From positions 57,536,001 through 57,600,000 of the forward strand of contig NC_043001.1 in assembly GCF_006345805.1 (NCBI RefSeq): a stretch of 64,000 bases of DNA. Direction: 5' to 3'. Position 1 is the first letter of the stretch. Each line of letters begins with the position of its first letter. Below, piece by piece: positions 1 through 11,359 of this stretch. Made by a program: the position numbers and the translations under genes. The notes below the pieces were generated by a model. That model did no database searches. It was not told the DNA's origin and worked only from the letters and a program-made list of their open reading frames with translations. The DNA comes from Octopus sinensis (Eukaryota).

Positions 1-1380
1 TATAGAATATTTTCTTACCCTGTAGACAGAAGTAGCATACGTTATCCACAATTCGAAATCGTCGGCCACACAGACCACAGGTTTGTGATCTGTACCATCG
101 ACATAGATAGGATCCATAGAACAGGCTCTGGAGACTGGAAGCTGTACAAGTCCTTCCCGGCGCGCCAAACTTTCAGAGAGCGGGTTACCAAGTTAGTCCA
201 TCTGAAATTGTCGGGAACTATAGTCATCAATCGAACAGGGCTATTTGATTAGAAGCGGTAGGATTTAGTAAGGAAATCTACTTAAATGCATCTAGGATAG
301 AGGGAGATCTAGTTGGAGAGCTAGAAGAGGAGGGGCATTGCAACTGACATGCACGGGGTGAGATTGACTTTTGATTAACTCTTCAATGTCAAGCACGAAT
401 GATGCGTTGTTAGGGCTAGGGAGCGTGCATTAAGACATCAGAAGAGGAGAGTCATTCGATGGGCGCGGATGGTATATGTGCAGCGTGGCAAGAAAGCAAG
501 AATCCGGTGTTTCACGGGCCGGGAGGGGCGCATGCTACACGGATCCAAGAAAATGTGCATGGAAATTTATCAGCACATCACAGAACTCTACGGCTGGCAT
601 GGTAGGTCGGATATGGAGGAAGATTTCACTTCCTACCTTGGTGGTATTCTGCAAAATCCCGATAACAGCTGAAGATATATGGGACACGATGACAAGCAGC
701 ACAAAAGAGAAACCTCATATCCTGTATGATATGGCCTTCGAGCTATGTTTTCTTGTATCAGATATTTTCGGTATATTCTTGACAGATGTCTAACTCAACC
801 ATCAGCAGATTGGAAGAATTCCGAGTGCTGTGAGTCGCAGCGTGGTGGTGCTTCTGAGAAAGGAAACGAACTACGGGGAACAAATAGTAAATTTTAGGCC
901 CGTAGCTCTACTGAACCCAAGTTAAAAGATCTTGGCAACGGATTAGTCAAGAGTTTGACGCTTGATGTCGATACACAGGTAGGTAACGCGCAGACATGAG
1001 CTATCCCAAACAGATCTACCCGCAACAACCTTCGCCTCGCGCGTTACATCATTGAGAGGGTTGGTAAGAATCCTAGTATAAGTGAGTCTCATACAAATCC
1101 CAAATAGGGCCGAAACGCTTTCAGAGGCTGGATCGCTGCAATGTACAGCAACATTCGTTCGGTCGTCACCAATCGGAATCCATTAGTATCGCCTGTTTGA
1201 CCCCTCAAGGATGCTCACTCTTGTCCCTTGTGTCTTTTTATTCTTACTATAAACATAGACGATAAGATAGTGGCTTGTCGGAGAGATGTAATAGAACATT
1301 TGTCCCAGGTCTATTAGATCTGAGGTCAATTTATCGATTAGCCCACTTTCTAAAAATGTAAGGCTAAGAGTCGATGACAT
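1..1380 (+). mobile_element. Decayed Tx1/L1-like LINE ORF2 fragment (endonuclease end, linker, RT)
   Basis: Manual translation across stops and frameshifts gives GHTDHRFV...GSGDWKLYKS (SDH...G.G.WKLN), VRARERALR, EIYQHITELYG, FRPVALLN, AIPNRS..NNL, WIAAMYSNIRSVV, QGCSL and IDD. This motif order matches Tx1-clade ORF2. The element runs off the window start. Confidence 0.8.
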
Positions 1381-1885
1381 AAACGATTACTCAGCAAAAC
1401 CGTTGGTCTTTTAGAAAATGCAATGCAGTATTCTAAAAATTTACATTCATTCATACTTCGAATCGCAAAACGAGGTCAATCTCACCTATCATGTCTCCGG
1501 AATAAAGTTCCAGTGAAGTACACGAGGAGATCTAGTCGACTAACATCTTTCTATAAACATTTTTGTTTTTCTGTCTAAATTTAAATTTAAGTACGATGTA
1601 CTGTCAAAATATTTAGTAAATATTTTGGGACAAAATGCCTCATAATATTTCATTCAAACCTATTTTATTATGATTTCGTGTCATCGAGGTCATCGCTGCT
1701 TTTCATTCCAACTGTCCAAATAAGCTATACTTCCAGCCCACCAGATTTCTGGCTTCATGCCTATATTAAAAACAATGTTGTTATTGAAAATCTAGCAGAG
1801 GATTATTTATACATTCATACATAGACATATTTTATATATGCGTGCGTGTGTTCATACATGCATACATACATACTTATACAAATAC

Positions 1886-1917
<32 letters not shown>

Positions 1918-4082
1918 ATACACACACACAAACATATATATGTGTGTGTGTGTGTGTGTGTACAGCCCTCACATATATATGCATATATTTGCATATACTT
2001 ATTTTTTCTCCTGTTTAAGTTACATGACTGCGGCCTTGATGGATTTACTTGAACAAATCGACCTCAGTACCCAAGGCATTATTAGCCCGGAAGTTGTGTA
2101 GACGGCATTAGTCCAAAATATTGCACTGTTGGCCGGAAACTAAAACCTCGTATTTACAAAAACCTGCTTGTTACCCCCACTCCATGTACACCCATAATAT
2201 CTATATATAAATACATATATGCATGTAAGTATGTATCTATGAGTGTATATATAACCATCTACCTACCTAGCTCTGTGTGTGTCTATGCGCGTGCATAAAT
2301 CAATATTTACATTCGACACGTGCATCTATAATGCAAATTTTATATGCATTCAAATATATATGTACATATTTGCAAACACAGGTATAAACGTTGTGTGAAT
2401 GTGTATTTTCTGTGCACAAGACAAATAGCTATATATAAACATACAAGCAATTCCCTCCCCTTGCAATCCAAATGTTGAAATACAAATAAGTATGCGTATG
2501 TAAATGATAATAAAGTATTTTTAAAAAGCACCATAAAGAAAACAAAGAAATTATTTCAATGCGTATCTGTTCAGAAAAATAAATTATTATCTAAATATTT
2601 CAACCGAAGATAAATATTTACTTTAGTAACAAGACCAAAAAATATATATATATATAATTTCAGCAGCAAACTCTGCAAATGTTAAGATAACTCATCTTGT
2701 ATTCTTATAATTCACCAATTTACTTTGAGAAGCCAATTTATAGCCGTTATAATGAAATTTTTATTAAAATATTTCACAGGTCTGCAATTTTATTAGATTA
2801 TAACCTATCTTACGTGCCTGAAAATACATTTTGTGTTATGTTGATATACGAGTTAGATTGCTCATTATTTTAAAATGACGTATATAAGTATCTCTAGAAT
2901 TAATATTTTGTCTTTACAGTTATTGTTTTGCTTTTTATGTTCCTTTTTATCTCGCTCATTTAATTTATTTGTTCAAGATCTCTATTCCATATCCCATATT
3001 TCATGCTAATTTCCTTAATTGTTTAATTTAACTTTTTATATCTTAGAAACAACTCTTTCCATTCTAAGATGTGTTGTTCGCACTCTGATTCAATCGTGGC
3101 ACTAACGTTTGAAAGACATGATCGTTGGCTCAAGTAGACATAACACTCATATCTCATTCAAACCTTCCTATATTGGGACAAATAATGCTTTGTCTTTATA
3201 TATTGAGCTCGAAAACAAAATACTAAACCGCTTAATGAAATATATATGCATATTGATTAAAGGCCTGTTCGATTCGGTTAATCTGATTTCCAAAATAAGA
3301 ACGATTCTGTAATGTGCGAAGGCAAATGCATTGGTTTGTGTCTCAATTTTTTCTGAAGTACAGGATAAATTACTGAACAGAGTAGAACATTGGACACTTA
3401 TTTTCCACCGTAATCTCCTGATGATCAAAGCATTGCGTGAAAAACTGGTGCAAGTAAATTGTGGTGGCACATCGGAAAGATCATTCATTTTTTATTTTGG
3501 TTTTACAGCATATCGTGACCATGCTCTTTTTAATAGAGTTTAATCTTTTGGAAGCGCTCTAGTCCGGTCTAGTTCAAAAATTGCTTTCACTCTCATCAGA
3601 ATTCTAAAAATTGTCATGAGTATTATCTCTCTGCTACTGTCTATGCCATGTTGCCGCTTGTTAAGTACCCTAACGCGTATAGACGTTCTTGAGAGACACT
3701 CCTGGCACGATGGTCGCTACACTTCTAAAGATATTGTGCCTTTAACACATCATCTATTTTAACTTTTTTTTAACTACGTAACTGAAACAAATAACTAATA
3801 TGATATCCTACTTAAAGAGAGACTGAAATTAAATGGCCAATATGCACGTTACCTGATTAATATTCAAACTAAAATCCAAATTATAGAATAAACAAATATA
3901 TATGGAATTTAAATCTACATATACACTAAGATCTATAAACATTGGAAACTACTGAAACACATACATCCTAAGAAATTTATTCTACATATGACAAAACCTC
4001 ATGCGTTTCAGAGAAATTAACAGACTCTATACTTATATTTTAACCGCTTAGTACCAGAAGAGCATTATATGTCAATTTTTTG

Positions 4083-4146
4083 ATTTTGATTTTGATTTTT
4101 TAGTTTCAGCTCATGAGCTGTGGCCATGCTGGGGCACCGCCATTGG
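4083..4146 (-). repeat. Very short 3'-tail insertion of an RTE-type SINE/LINE
   Basis: Reverse complement of ggcggtgccccagcatggccacagctcatgagctgaaacta followed by an (AATCAA)n-like tail. The same tail sequence occurs at 59835-59889. Confidence 0.7.
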
Positions 4147-4249
4147 CTGAAGTTAATTTCAAATGACTAATAGTTTTCCATTATAGTGAATGGTAACTAC
4201 TTAACGGAAGTGATTTTGTACACAATAGTTAATAACATCTAACACCCCA

Positions 4250-5330
4250 ACTCTCCTTCCACTATCAACCCCAACTTCCAGTCGGAGATCATTCCTTTTT
4301 TTTTTCCTCAAACTTTCACCATGCTTCTTTTTCCATGTGCACTTTTCACATTTTAACCCTGTCCAAAAACATTCCAACTTCAGTATCATAACCTGTTTGA
4401 TAACCTTCCTGGAAAACACGTTTCACACTATCCAAAGAGGAATTGTACTATCCGCTCAAGGCACGATGCAATGCGGAAATTATAACTATCAGTATTATGA
4501 ATACAAGTCACGATCTTACTGCCTACACTCACTACTTTAACATCTAAACAGTTAACTTCATTTACGGCGTCAGAATTTCTAATCGCTTCGAGGTCTGTAG
4601 GATATATTTTTCCCAGCAAATGTTCAGAATTCTTGTAGTTAGGAATAAAAATATTCTCAACATACTTACAGCATCATCTGAGTTGTTTGACCAAAGCCCT
4701 TTTTAACTTAAGCACAGATTTCCACACTGTATCGTAAACTTTATTTGAAAAGGGTCGACAAAGGTGCATGTAGTGTAATTGATATTGTATTTAATAAAGG
4801 CGATGAGTATATTTTCATGAAAACGGGCGATCGTTTATGTTTAATTATCGATAGAGAGGTTATACATCTGTTACTAAAAGAATACAAATTTGTCAATATT
4901 GGGCTATAATTACTACCCTTATAAATCCCATTATTTCCTTAAATATCTTCACAGCAAATGTAATATATGCGTTCAAACTAGTTCTCGTAGTATACTTTTA
5001 GTAACAGATGTATAACTACTTTATCTATAATTAGACATAAATGATTGCCTTTTCCATAGAATAATACTCATCGCCTTTATCAAATATAATATCAGTTACA
5101 CTAAATGTACCTTTCTCCACCCTTTTCAAATCAAGATTAGGAAACTGTGTGGAAGAAATCATAAATATCCATACTCCTTACTGATTTGACTCGGCAATTT
5201 GCTTAAATATTCGTTCCTGGAACTTATTCTTAAGAAAAGAAAAATGCTTACTCCAGAATAGCGGAAGATTCATTCGCACAGTACCTCATAAATTACAAAC
5301 TAACCGCAATAATATACTAGCAAGCCGCTG
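4250..5330 (-). mobile_element. Penelope-like element RT remnant interrupted by a foldback element
   Basis: Minus ORF 4428-4619 reads IYPTDLE...VNCLDVKV...TCIHNTDSYNFRI, matching the PLE RT C-terminal pattern IYP.eLe...v.yLDl.i...T..ydKrDdFnF.I. A preceding SDD lies at about 4670. Weaker homology continues beyond the inserted hairpin. Confidence 0.5.
4720..5154. mobile_element. Foldback/MITE-like element with ~165-bp imperfect inverted arms
   Basis: 4720-4885 aligns by eye with the reverse complement of 4990-5154 (e.g. tttgaaaagggt, ataaaggcgatgagtat, gttatacatctgttactaaaa). Spacer is about 105 bp. Confidence 0.85.
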
Positions 5331-6680
5331 GTTAGATTCGCAGTTACGGAGATCAGGTGAGACAACTCACCTCAAGGTGATCGAGAATGATAGATGTCCA
5401 TATTTTGCCTTTATTGTGGATCCTAAACGCCATGGAACTCGAGACACAACGAAACGATGGGAATCTCTGGTGTGAGACATATATACAAAGAGTCTAAAGT
5501 CAAGTTACTGGTATTCTGTAACATATGCCAAACAAAATTATGTTACGAATAAAAAGTGAGTCACCTTACCAATTCTTGGATATTCAGTGTTCTTTAACAC
5601 TCATCATCATAGAACATTCCTTGCACGCTATCCCACAGTAAGTGGACGAATAAACAAAACACATGCACTATCTATGTGAGGCCAATAATGTTTATATCAT
5701 TGAAGATGCTATTAATTCGTTATAGCTGACTCTATAGAAAACCTTAATTCCGAGCAGATTAGATTACCGCTCACACATATGGCATCCAAACCCATTCGGT
5801 TTCATAAAGAAAACCAATAAAATAAGCCTTAATTACTGAGATCGCCTTCTTCACAGTTATGATCCTCGAAGGGATAGATATATTATCAGATATTCATGGA
5901 AAATTTTGGGAAAGGCATGTTCCAAACTTGGCTCTTAGTGAAAATTTTAATTCACGAATTGGTAGACTGTGTCTGCTTCGAAATATTCAACCTTCAAAAT
6001 CATGAGCAAAAATATTCTGATATACCCGCGTGACATTTAGAGGTCTTCAACTGTTCAAGTACTTACTAAAAATACAAAAGAATTCAACTGAAACTTCAAT
6101 AAGAAAAAGAAAATTTGATTAACTCCTAACAACTGCATGGGAACACCCAATGATTGAAGGATACATTCATTGAAGATGGGTTGCTACGAACTCAATCATA
6201 GACCAACTTCAATCCATAAAACGACAACAAAACTGAAAGAAAATATATCAACAAGAAGGCCTCTAAATGACTGGAACACATGAATGTTTAGAGATATTAT
6301 ATCATATAACTTTATAAAATATGATATTATATATATATATATATATATATATTACCTATATAACGTAGGATAGCGTCTTATAAAACAAGATTTATATATC
6401 CTAAAATTGTAGAAGAATTTGTCGCTGGGCAGTTTAGCTTAAAGTGTAAAGCACTTAAAGTGTAATCACAAGGATGTGAGTAGAAGCCTCATGCCTGGCC
6501 GCCGACACATTATTCTGCAAAATATGGATAGTTTAACCTGTTCATGCCATATTATTTGCATTATCCTGCGTTTGAGAATAATATTATTTCCTTATCTGTA
6601 TCTTTCAATATATGTCAACGCATCTGGACTTTCAACGTCATTTGAATTATATACATACATACATACATACATTCATACAT

Positions 6681-6778
<98 letters not shown>

Positions 6779-7043
6779 ATATATGACCAAAAGTCAACTA
6801 ACAGTAAATCAAAAACCATTTAATTCCAAGATTTATTTACGTTTAACTGAATGAATGTAATAAAAGCAAGTAATAAATAGGATGTATGAATATTGTAAAA
6901 GTGGAAGACCTTTAGCGACAGATTTTCCCATTCGAGTCAATACAGAGAATTACAAATAGTATCGATGGAATTTTGATTTACTGGCGGGTGACTTTTGGCC
7001 ATCCCTTTATAAATAAATATAACGGAATAAAAATATAATAAAG

Positions 7044-7142
7044 TATATTCTCCGATTTGATGCGACAATTTTCAAATACAAATAAATGACCTAAAAATGG
7101 CGTTTGCATTATAAAATTTGGCACTTCAAATCGGAGAATATA
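7044..7142. repeat. ~100-bp hairpin with 17-bp perfect terminal inverted repeat
   Basis: tatattctccgatttga ... tcaaatcggagaatata, with imperfect pairing extending inward to about 35 bp per arm. Confidence 0.75.
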
Positions 7143-7257
7143 TATTATTATGATATATTATTATACAGTTATTATTATACAATGATTCTTCCATAGTAGC
7201 ACTCTGTAACTTACAAAACCTTTCTGGCTGTTTACCAATGTTATACATACTATATGT

Positions 7258-7560
7258 GGAGGTGCAATGGCCCAGTGGTTAGGGCAGCGGACTCGCTGTC
7301 GTAGGATCGCGGTTTCGATTCCTAGACCGGGCGTTGTGAGTGTTTATTGAGCGAAAACACCTAAAGCTCCACGAGGTCCGGCAGAGGGTGGTGGCGATCC
7401 CAGCTGTACTTTTCGCCACAACTTTCTCTCACTCTTTCTTCTGTTGACCTGCTCGCTTAGCCAGCGGGGTGGCGTCATTTGAAGGCTTAAAAACAATGTG
7501 AAGCGCATTGTGACCACCGATGTGAAGCATCATCTGATAGCCTGGTCGGTCACGGTGATA
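7258..7560 (+). mobile_element. tRNA-derived SINE, full length
   Basis: A-box tggcccagtgg, B-box-like ggtttcgattcc, body, and 3' tail ending cacggtgata. Confidence 0.8.
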
Positions 7561-7578
7561 TATACTATATATATATAT

Positions 7579-7705
7579 ATCACCGTGATCACCGTGATCA
7601 CCGTGACCAGGCTATCAGATGTTGCTACACATCGCTGGTCACAATGCGCTTCGCATTGCTTTAGCCTTCAAATGATGCCAGCCCACTGGCTAAGCGAGCA
7701 GGCCA
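7579..7705 (-). mobile_element. 5'-truncated SINE of the same family, inverted relative to 7258-7560
   Basis: Reverse complement of the last ~120 bp of the adjacent SINE, with a (cacggtgat)3 tail. Confidence 0.8.
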
Positions 7706-7770
7706 ATATATATGTGTGTGTGTGTGTGTGTGCGCGCGTATGTGTGTGTGTATGTATGTATGTATGTATG

Positions 7771-7823
<53 letters not shown>

Positions 7824-8630
7824 ACATACATGGCTATTTATGTACGTACGTACATATATACATATAAATGTCACTTATTTTTTCATATATTGTGGGCTAG
7901 GCCCAACGACTGCCATGTCTAACAGACAAGTGTTATGCTCGGTCTATAGTGTTACAATGGATTTCATGTCCATGAAGCTTTACGGCGTCTCTTCAGACGC
8001 GAATTGCTGTGGCCTGTAATCTCTCTTCTAATTGTAGACGGAAAGGGCCGTGCGGCCAGTTGTTGAACGCACAGGCAAAGGAGAAGGGAGAAGCACAAGG
8101 TATTGTCTCATTTAGACCACTCTCCGTAATCAACCAGGTTGGCTTGGTAGTCTTATAATTTCAATAGGAATTTCCTGAAGAGTAAGCAGGGTCCGAAGAC
8201 TTCACTCCTGGAATTTGAGATGTTCCCGGGGTCAAGAGAGAGAGAGAGAGAGAAAGAGGGGGAGAGTTCTATAATATTCTCGCCCGTTCAGCTATGTACA
8301 GCTCGCAACGCCTACTCCCGTTGGTGTAAGAGTCCTGTTCTTCTAGGATGCGTCACCTGTGCGACAAAATTATCGCATTATAAGTTGCCTTCTGTTATAG
8401 TACCCGCAATTATAGCAGGTCTATGATGTACTATAAACAACACTACGTGTATGAGAGAAATATCAAGATTTCTGTTATAACACGTTTCTGCGATCGATAT
8501 CCACATCGCTTAAAGAACATATATATTGAACACAATAGAATCCATTCGGGCATACTGACCGCATCTTACGACTGCGCCGAAATACCGTCTTTAAACGCAG
8601 CAAAGCAATACATATAAAGCCTGAATAAAA

Positions 8631-8786
8631 GTAGGTGGCCAATTTGAGAGGTGGGGGAAGATCAGATTGGGTAGGTGGGCGTTTGAAGGCTTTCATTCAG
8701 CGGCAAATGTGTTTTTCCCCACTTTCTATGAGGAGAAATTTCTTCCGAGTCTTTTTCTAGCACCTAAGATCTTTCCACATGTAAGT
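8631..8786 (+). promoter_or_regulatory. Candidate promoter and non-coding first exon
   Basis: CCAAT at 8639, inverted CCAAT (attgg) at 8666, gtaggtgg repeated at 8631 and 8671, a GC-box-like gggcg, and a gtaagt donor at 8781, 466 nt upstream of micro-exon candidate 1. Motif evidence only. Confidence 0.3.
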
Positions 8787-9206
8787 GTACACAAAGTTGT
8801 TTAACATCATTGTACGCGCATATATTTTATTTAATAGTGTTTCGTGCTACACTTATAGTTAATATATAAGTGTAGTCATGTTGCGTGAGCGTTTCGTATA
8901 TTTTAGTATACGCATATATATGAGGTATGCATGGTTGTGCGTGCTTGTGCGTGGGTATGCGTGTGTATGTGTTCTTGGATCCTAACAATACAAGTACAAT
9001 TGCTCCGCACAGTATCTATATCTAAGAATATATACCGTATGTGTGTGCGCATGTGTATATCCATATAAATACATATCTTTTTGTGTGTGCGCGCAGGGGT
9101 GTGTATGGGATTGGGTTTGGCTGTATCCTTAATACTCTATCAAAGCTACATTACATAAATAGAAAGACACAGAAAGTTACACAAACACTACTTCTTATGT
9201 TTTCTC

Positions 9207-9548
9207 CTGCTTTTTCTTTTTGACACCAATCTTCCACTTCTGATAGGTGCAAACGGGAATAAGTGGAAACAGGTGAGTAAATTGTAGAAATCAGGAAATG
9301 AATGTTTTATATTTAGTGTCTTGTAGAAGACGTGTGTATAAAAATTAGGTTAATTACTAAATGAAAAATAACTTATTTGTTTAACTTTTGTATGGATGTA
9401 ATGCTCGAGGTCAGTATTAATCTAAAAGACTGATCAAAATCGTTCCTTTTTTGACTCTGTTTTTTCCCATGCCTAATAAATAGCGCTATATTATACAATG
9501 TGTTCATTTTTTTACCGAGATAGTTTTGTATGTGTGAGTGAGATACAT
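9207..9548 (+). repeat. Copy 1 of a ~330-bp near-identical direct duplication containing the micro-exon
   Basis: Matches 11028-11359 with a few substitutions and one ~13-bp indel. Confidence 0.9.
9247..9272 (+). other. Micro-exon candidate copy 1 (26 nt)
   Basis: Polypyrimidine tract and TAG acceptor, gtgcaaacgggaataagtggaaacag, strong CAG|GTGAGT donor. Confidence 0.5.
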
Positions 9549-10274
9549 ATTGTTGCTAGTTCTAAAAGGATAAGCCATTATGGAAAGACGTTTTTTGTTT
9601 GCTTTCTGTAGGTTGTGTTTTTGCATTATTGAGAAAAATCTGAACTCTAGGTTCATTGCTACGTAATAATAGTCAATCTTCCATCAGCTGGTATCTTCAA
9701 TTACCTGTTGTAAATAGGTAGGACGACAAACACAGATATTTAGGGAAATAGAATAATTCACTGTATATATATATATATATAACTATATCTATAAAAAGGA
9801 GGTTGTGCGTGTGTACGTGAATGTAATTTATGCATTTCCACAAATTAGCACGCATGTCGCTCGAATTTTAGGACATTGGTCAGGACCATGGCTGTGTTAT
9901 TGCCAACTTATTTTCCCTGAGGCACCAGCGGATAGCGGGAAAAACAGATTTTCAACCAAAACTTTTATCAATTTCCACGTCACTGAACTCCATAAGTTTG
10001 CTAACATGAGTTAAATCTCCTGTCTAGCAATGGCGAAAAATAAAAACAAATGGTAAATTTTTAGATTAACACCTGCACCATTTTCAGTAAGAAAAAAGAA
10101 AATCGGATTTTTTGCGTGCAATCAAGTACCCTGACCTAATTGACCTAATATGCTACAAAACCGTTCTTGCGGTCCGAAAAACGGGGTGGAATGAGATGGT
10201 GACTCAGAAATTTTACCTACTCAACATTTTACAGAAATAAATTTTCCAGAGTGTGATTTACATAGTTCGTTATG

Positions 10275-10306
<32 letters not shown>

Positions 10307-10309
10307 TAG

Positions 10310-10985
10310 AGATAGTAGTCCCCTTCATCCCACCATATAAAAGTATTTTAATTTAATTGAATACTTATTACTCATTTCTCAGCTACACGTGTTTCTTGAG
10401 GTTCTTTTACGTTACCCTTAAGTTATTTTTACTTCGTAAATTTTTATTTTTATCATTCGTATCATTTGTAATTTTTTTTTTTTTGGCATTTGGTCATTCG
10501 TACTATAGTTTTTATTCGAAAATATTTATTTGTCATTGCTTTCATTATTATATCATCACAAGTATATATTTTATTTTTATCCCTATATATTATTAATTTT
10601 ATATGAATGTTTACAGACATAAGTTACGTGAGAATTTAGTTTTTGTAATTTTTTATTTTTTATTCGTATTTTTTATTTTTATTTTTATTGGTTATTTTTT
10701 ATTTGAATTAAATCATGGCTTGCACAGTAAGGTCCAGCAAATCTATTTACACATACACATATTTATATGTTAAAATTAAAATATAGTATTTGATATTGAA
10801 CTATGATAAAGTTATTTAGAGGCCTGATAATTGGGGTTTCGTTTTAAGAAAGGTTCCTGTAAAACACTGCGTGCTTTATGAACTGTAAAAGAACCTCAAG
10901 AAACACGTATAGCTGAGAAATGAGTAGTAAGTATTAAATTAATTTAAAATTCTTTTATATGGTGGGATGAAGGGGACTACTATCT
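10310..10985. mobile_element. MITE with ~100-bp terminal inverted repeats
   Basis: 10310-10410 (agatagtagtccccttcatcccaccatataaaag...gttcttttac) is the reverse complement of 10885-10985. The interior is AT-rich and non-coding, and the flanks are TA-rich. Confidence 0.85.
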
Positions 10986-11027
10986 GGAAATCTAAAATAT
11001 ATATTTCCTCATTACTACTTTAATGTC

Positions 11028-11359
11028 TCCTACTTTTTCTTTTTGACACCAATCTTCCACCTCTGATAGGTGCAAACGGGAATAAGTGGAAACAGGTGAG
11101 TAAATTGTAGAAATCAGGAAATGAATGTTTTATATTTAGTGTCTTGTAGAAGACGTGTGTATAAAAATTAGGTTAATTACTAAATGAAACATAACTTATT
11201 TGTTTAACTTTTGTATGGATGTAATGCTCGAGGTCAGTATTAATCTAAAAGACTGATCAAAATCGTTCCTTTTTTTCCCATGCCTAATAAATAGCGCTAT
11301 ATTATACAATGTGTTCATTTTTTTACCGAGATAGTTATGTATGTGTGAGTGAGATACAT
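11028..11359 (+). repeat. Copy 2 of the ~330-bp direct duplication
   Basis: Sits between the MITE right TIR and the 5' end of the CR1-type LINE. Confidence 0.9.
11070..11095 (+). other. Micro-exon candidate copy 2 (26 nt, identical to copy 1)
   Basis: ctgatag|gtgcaaacgggaataagtggaaacag|gtgagt. Confidence 0.45.

Noticed and set aside
1838-2101. ORFs rich in YI/CV/HT/RE/LL/NN runs (also at about 6476, 7498, 16664, 18375, 33483, 34313, 43624, 51360, 55702, 59375, 62473)
   Set aside because: Read-through of (TA)n, (CA)n, (GA)n and trinucleotide microsatellites or SINE interiors; no protein signal.
3575-3605. ctgatgagagtgaaa on the minus strand, and other CTGATGA/CTGAAGA hits near 7990, 39700 and 49550
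   Set aside because: No credible stem II or stem I/III pairing; not called hammerheads.
7258-7330. tRNA-like A/B boxes here and at 18224, 21389, 22061, 23223, 38901, 62439
   Set aside because: They continue into SINE bodies and tails and do not form a complete cloverleaf, so they are not tRNA genes.
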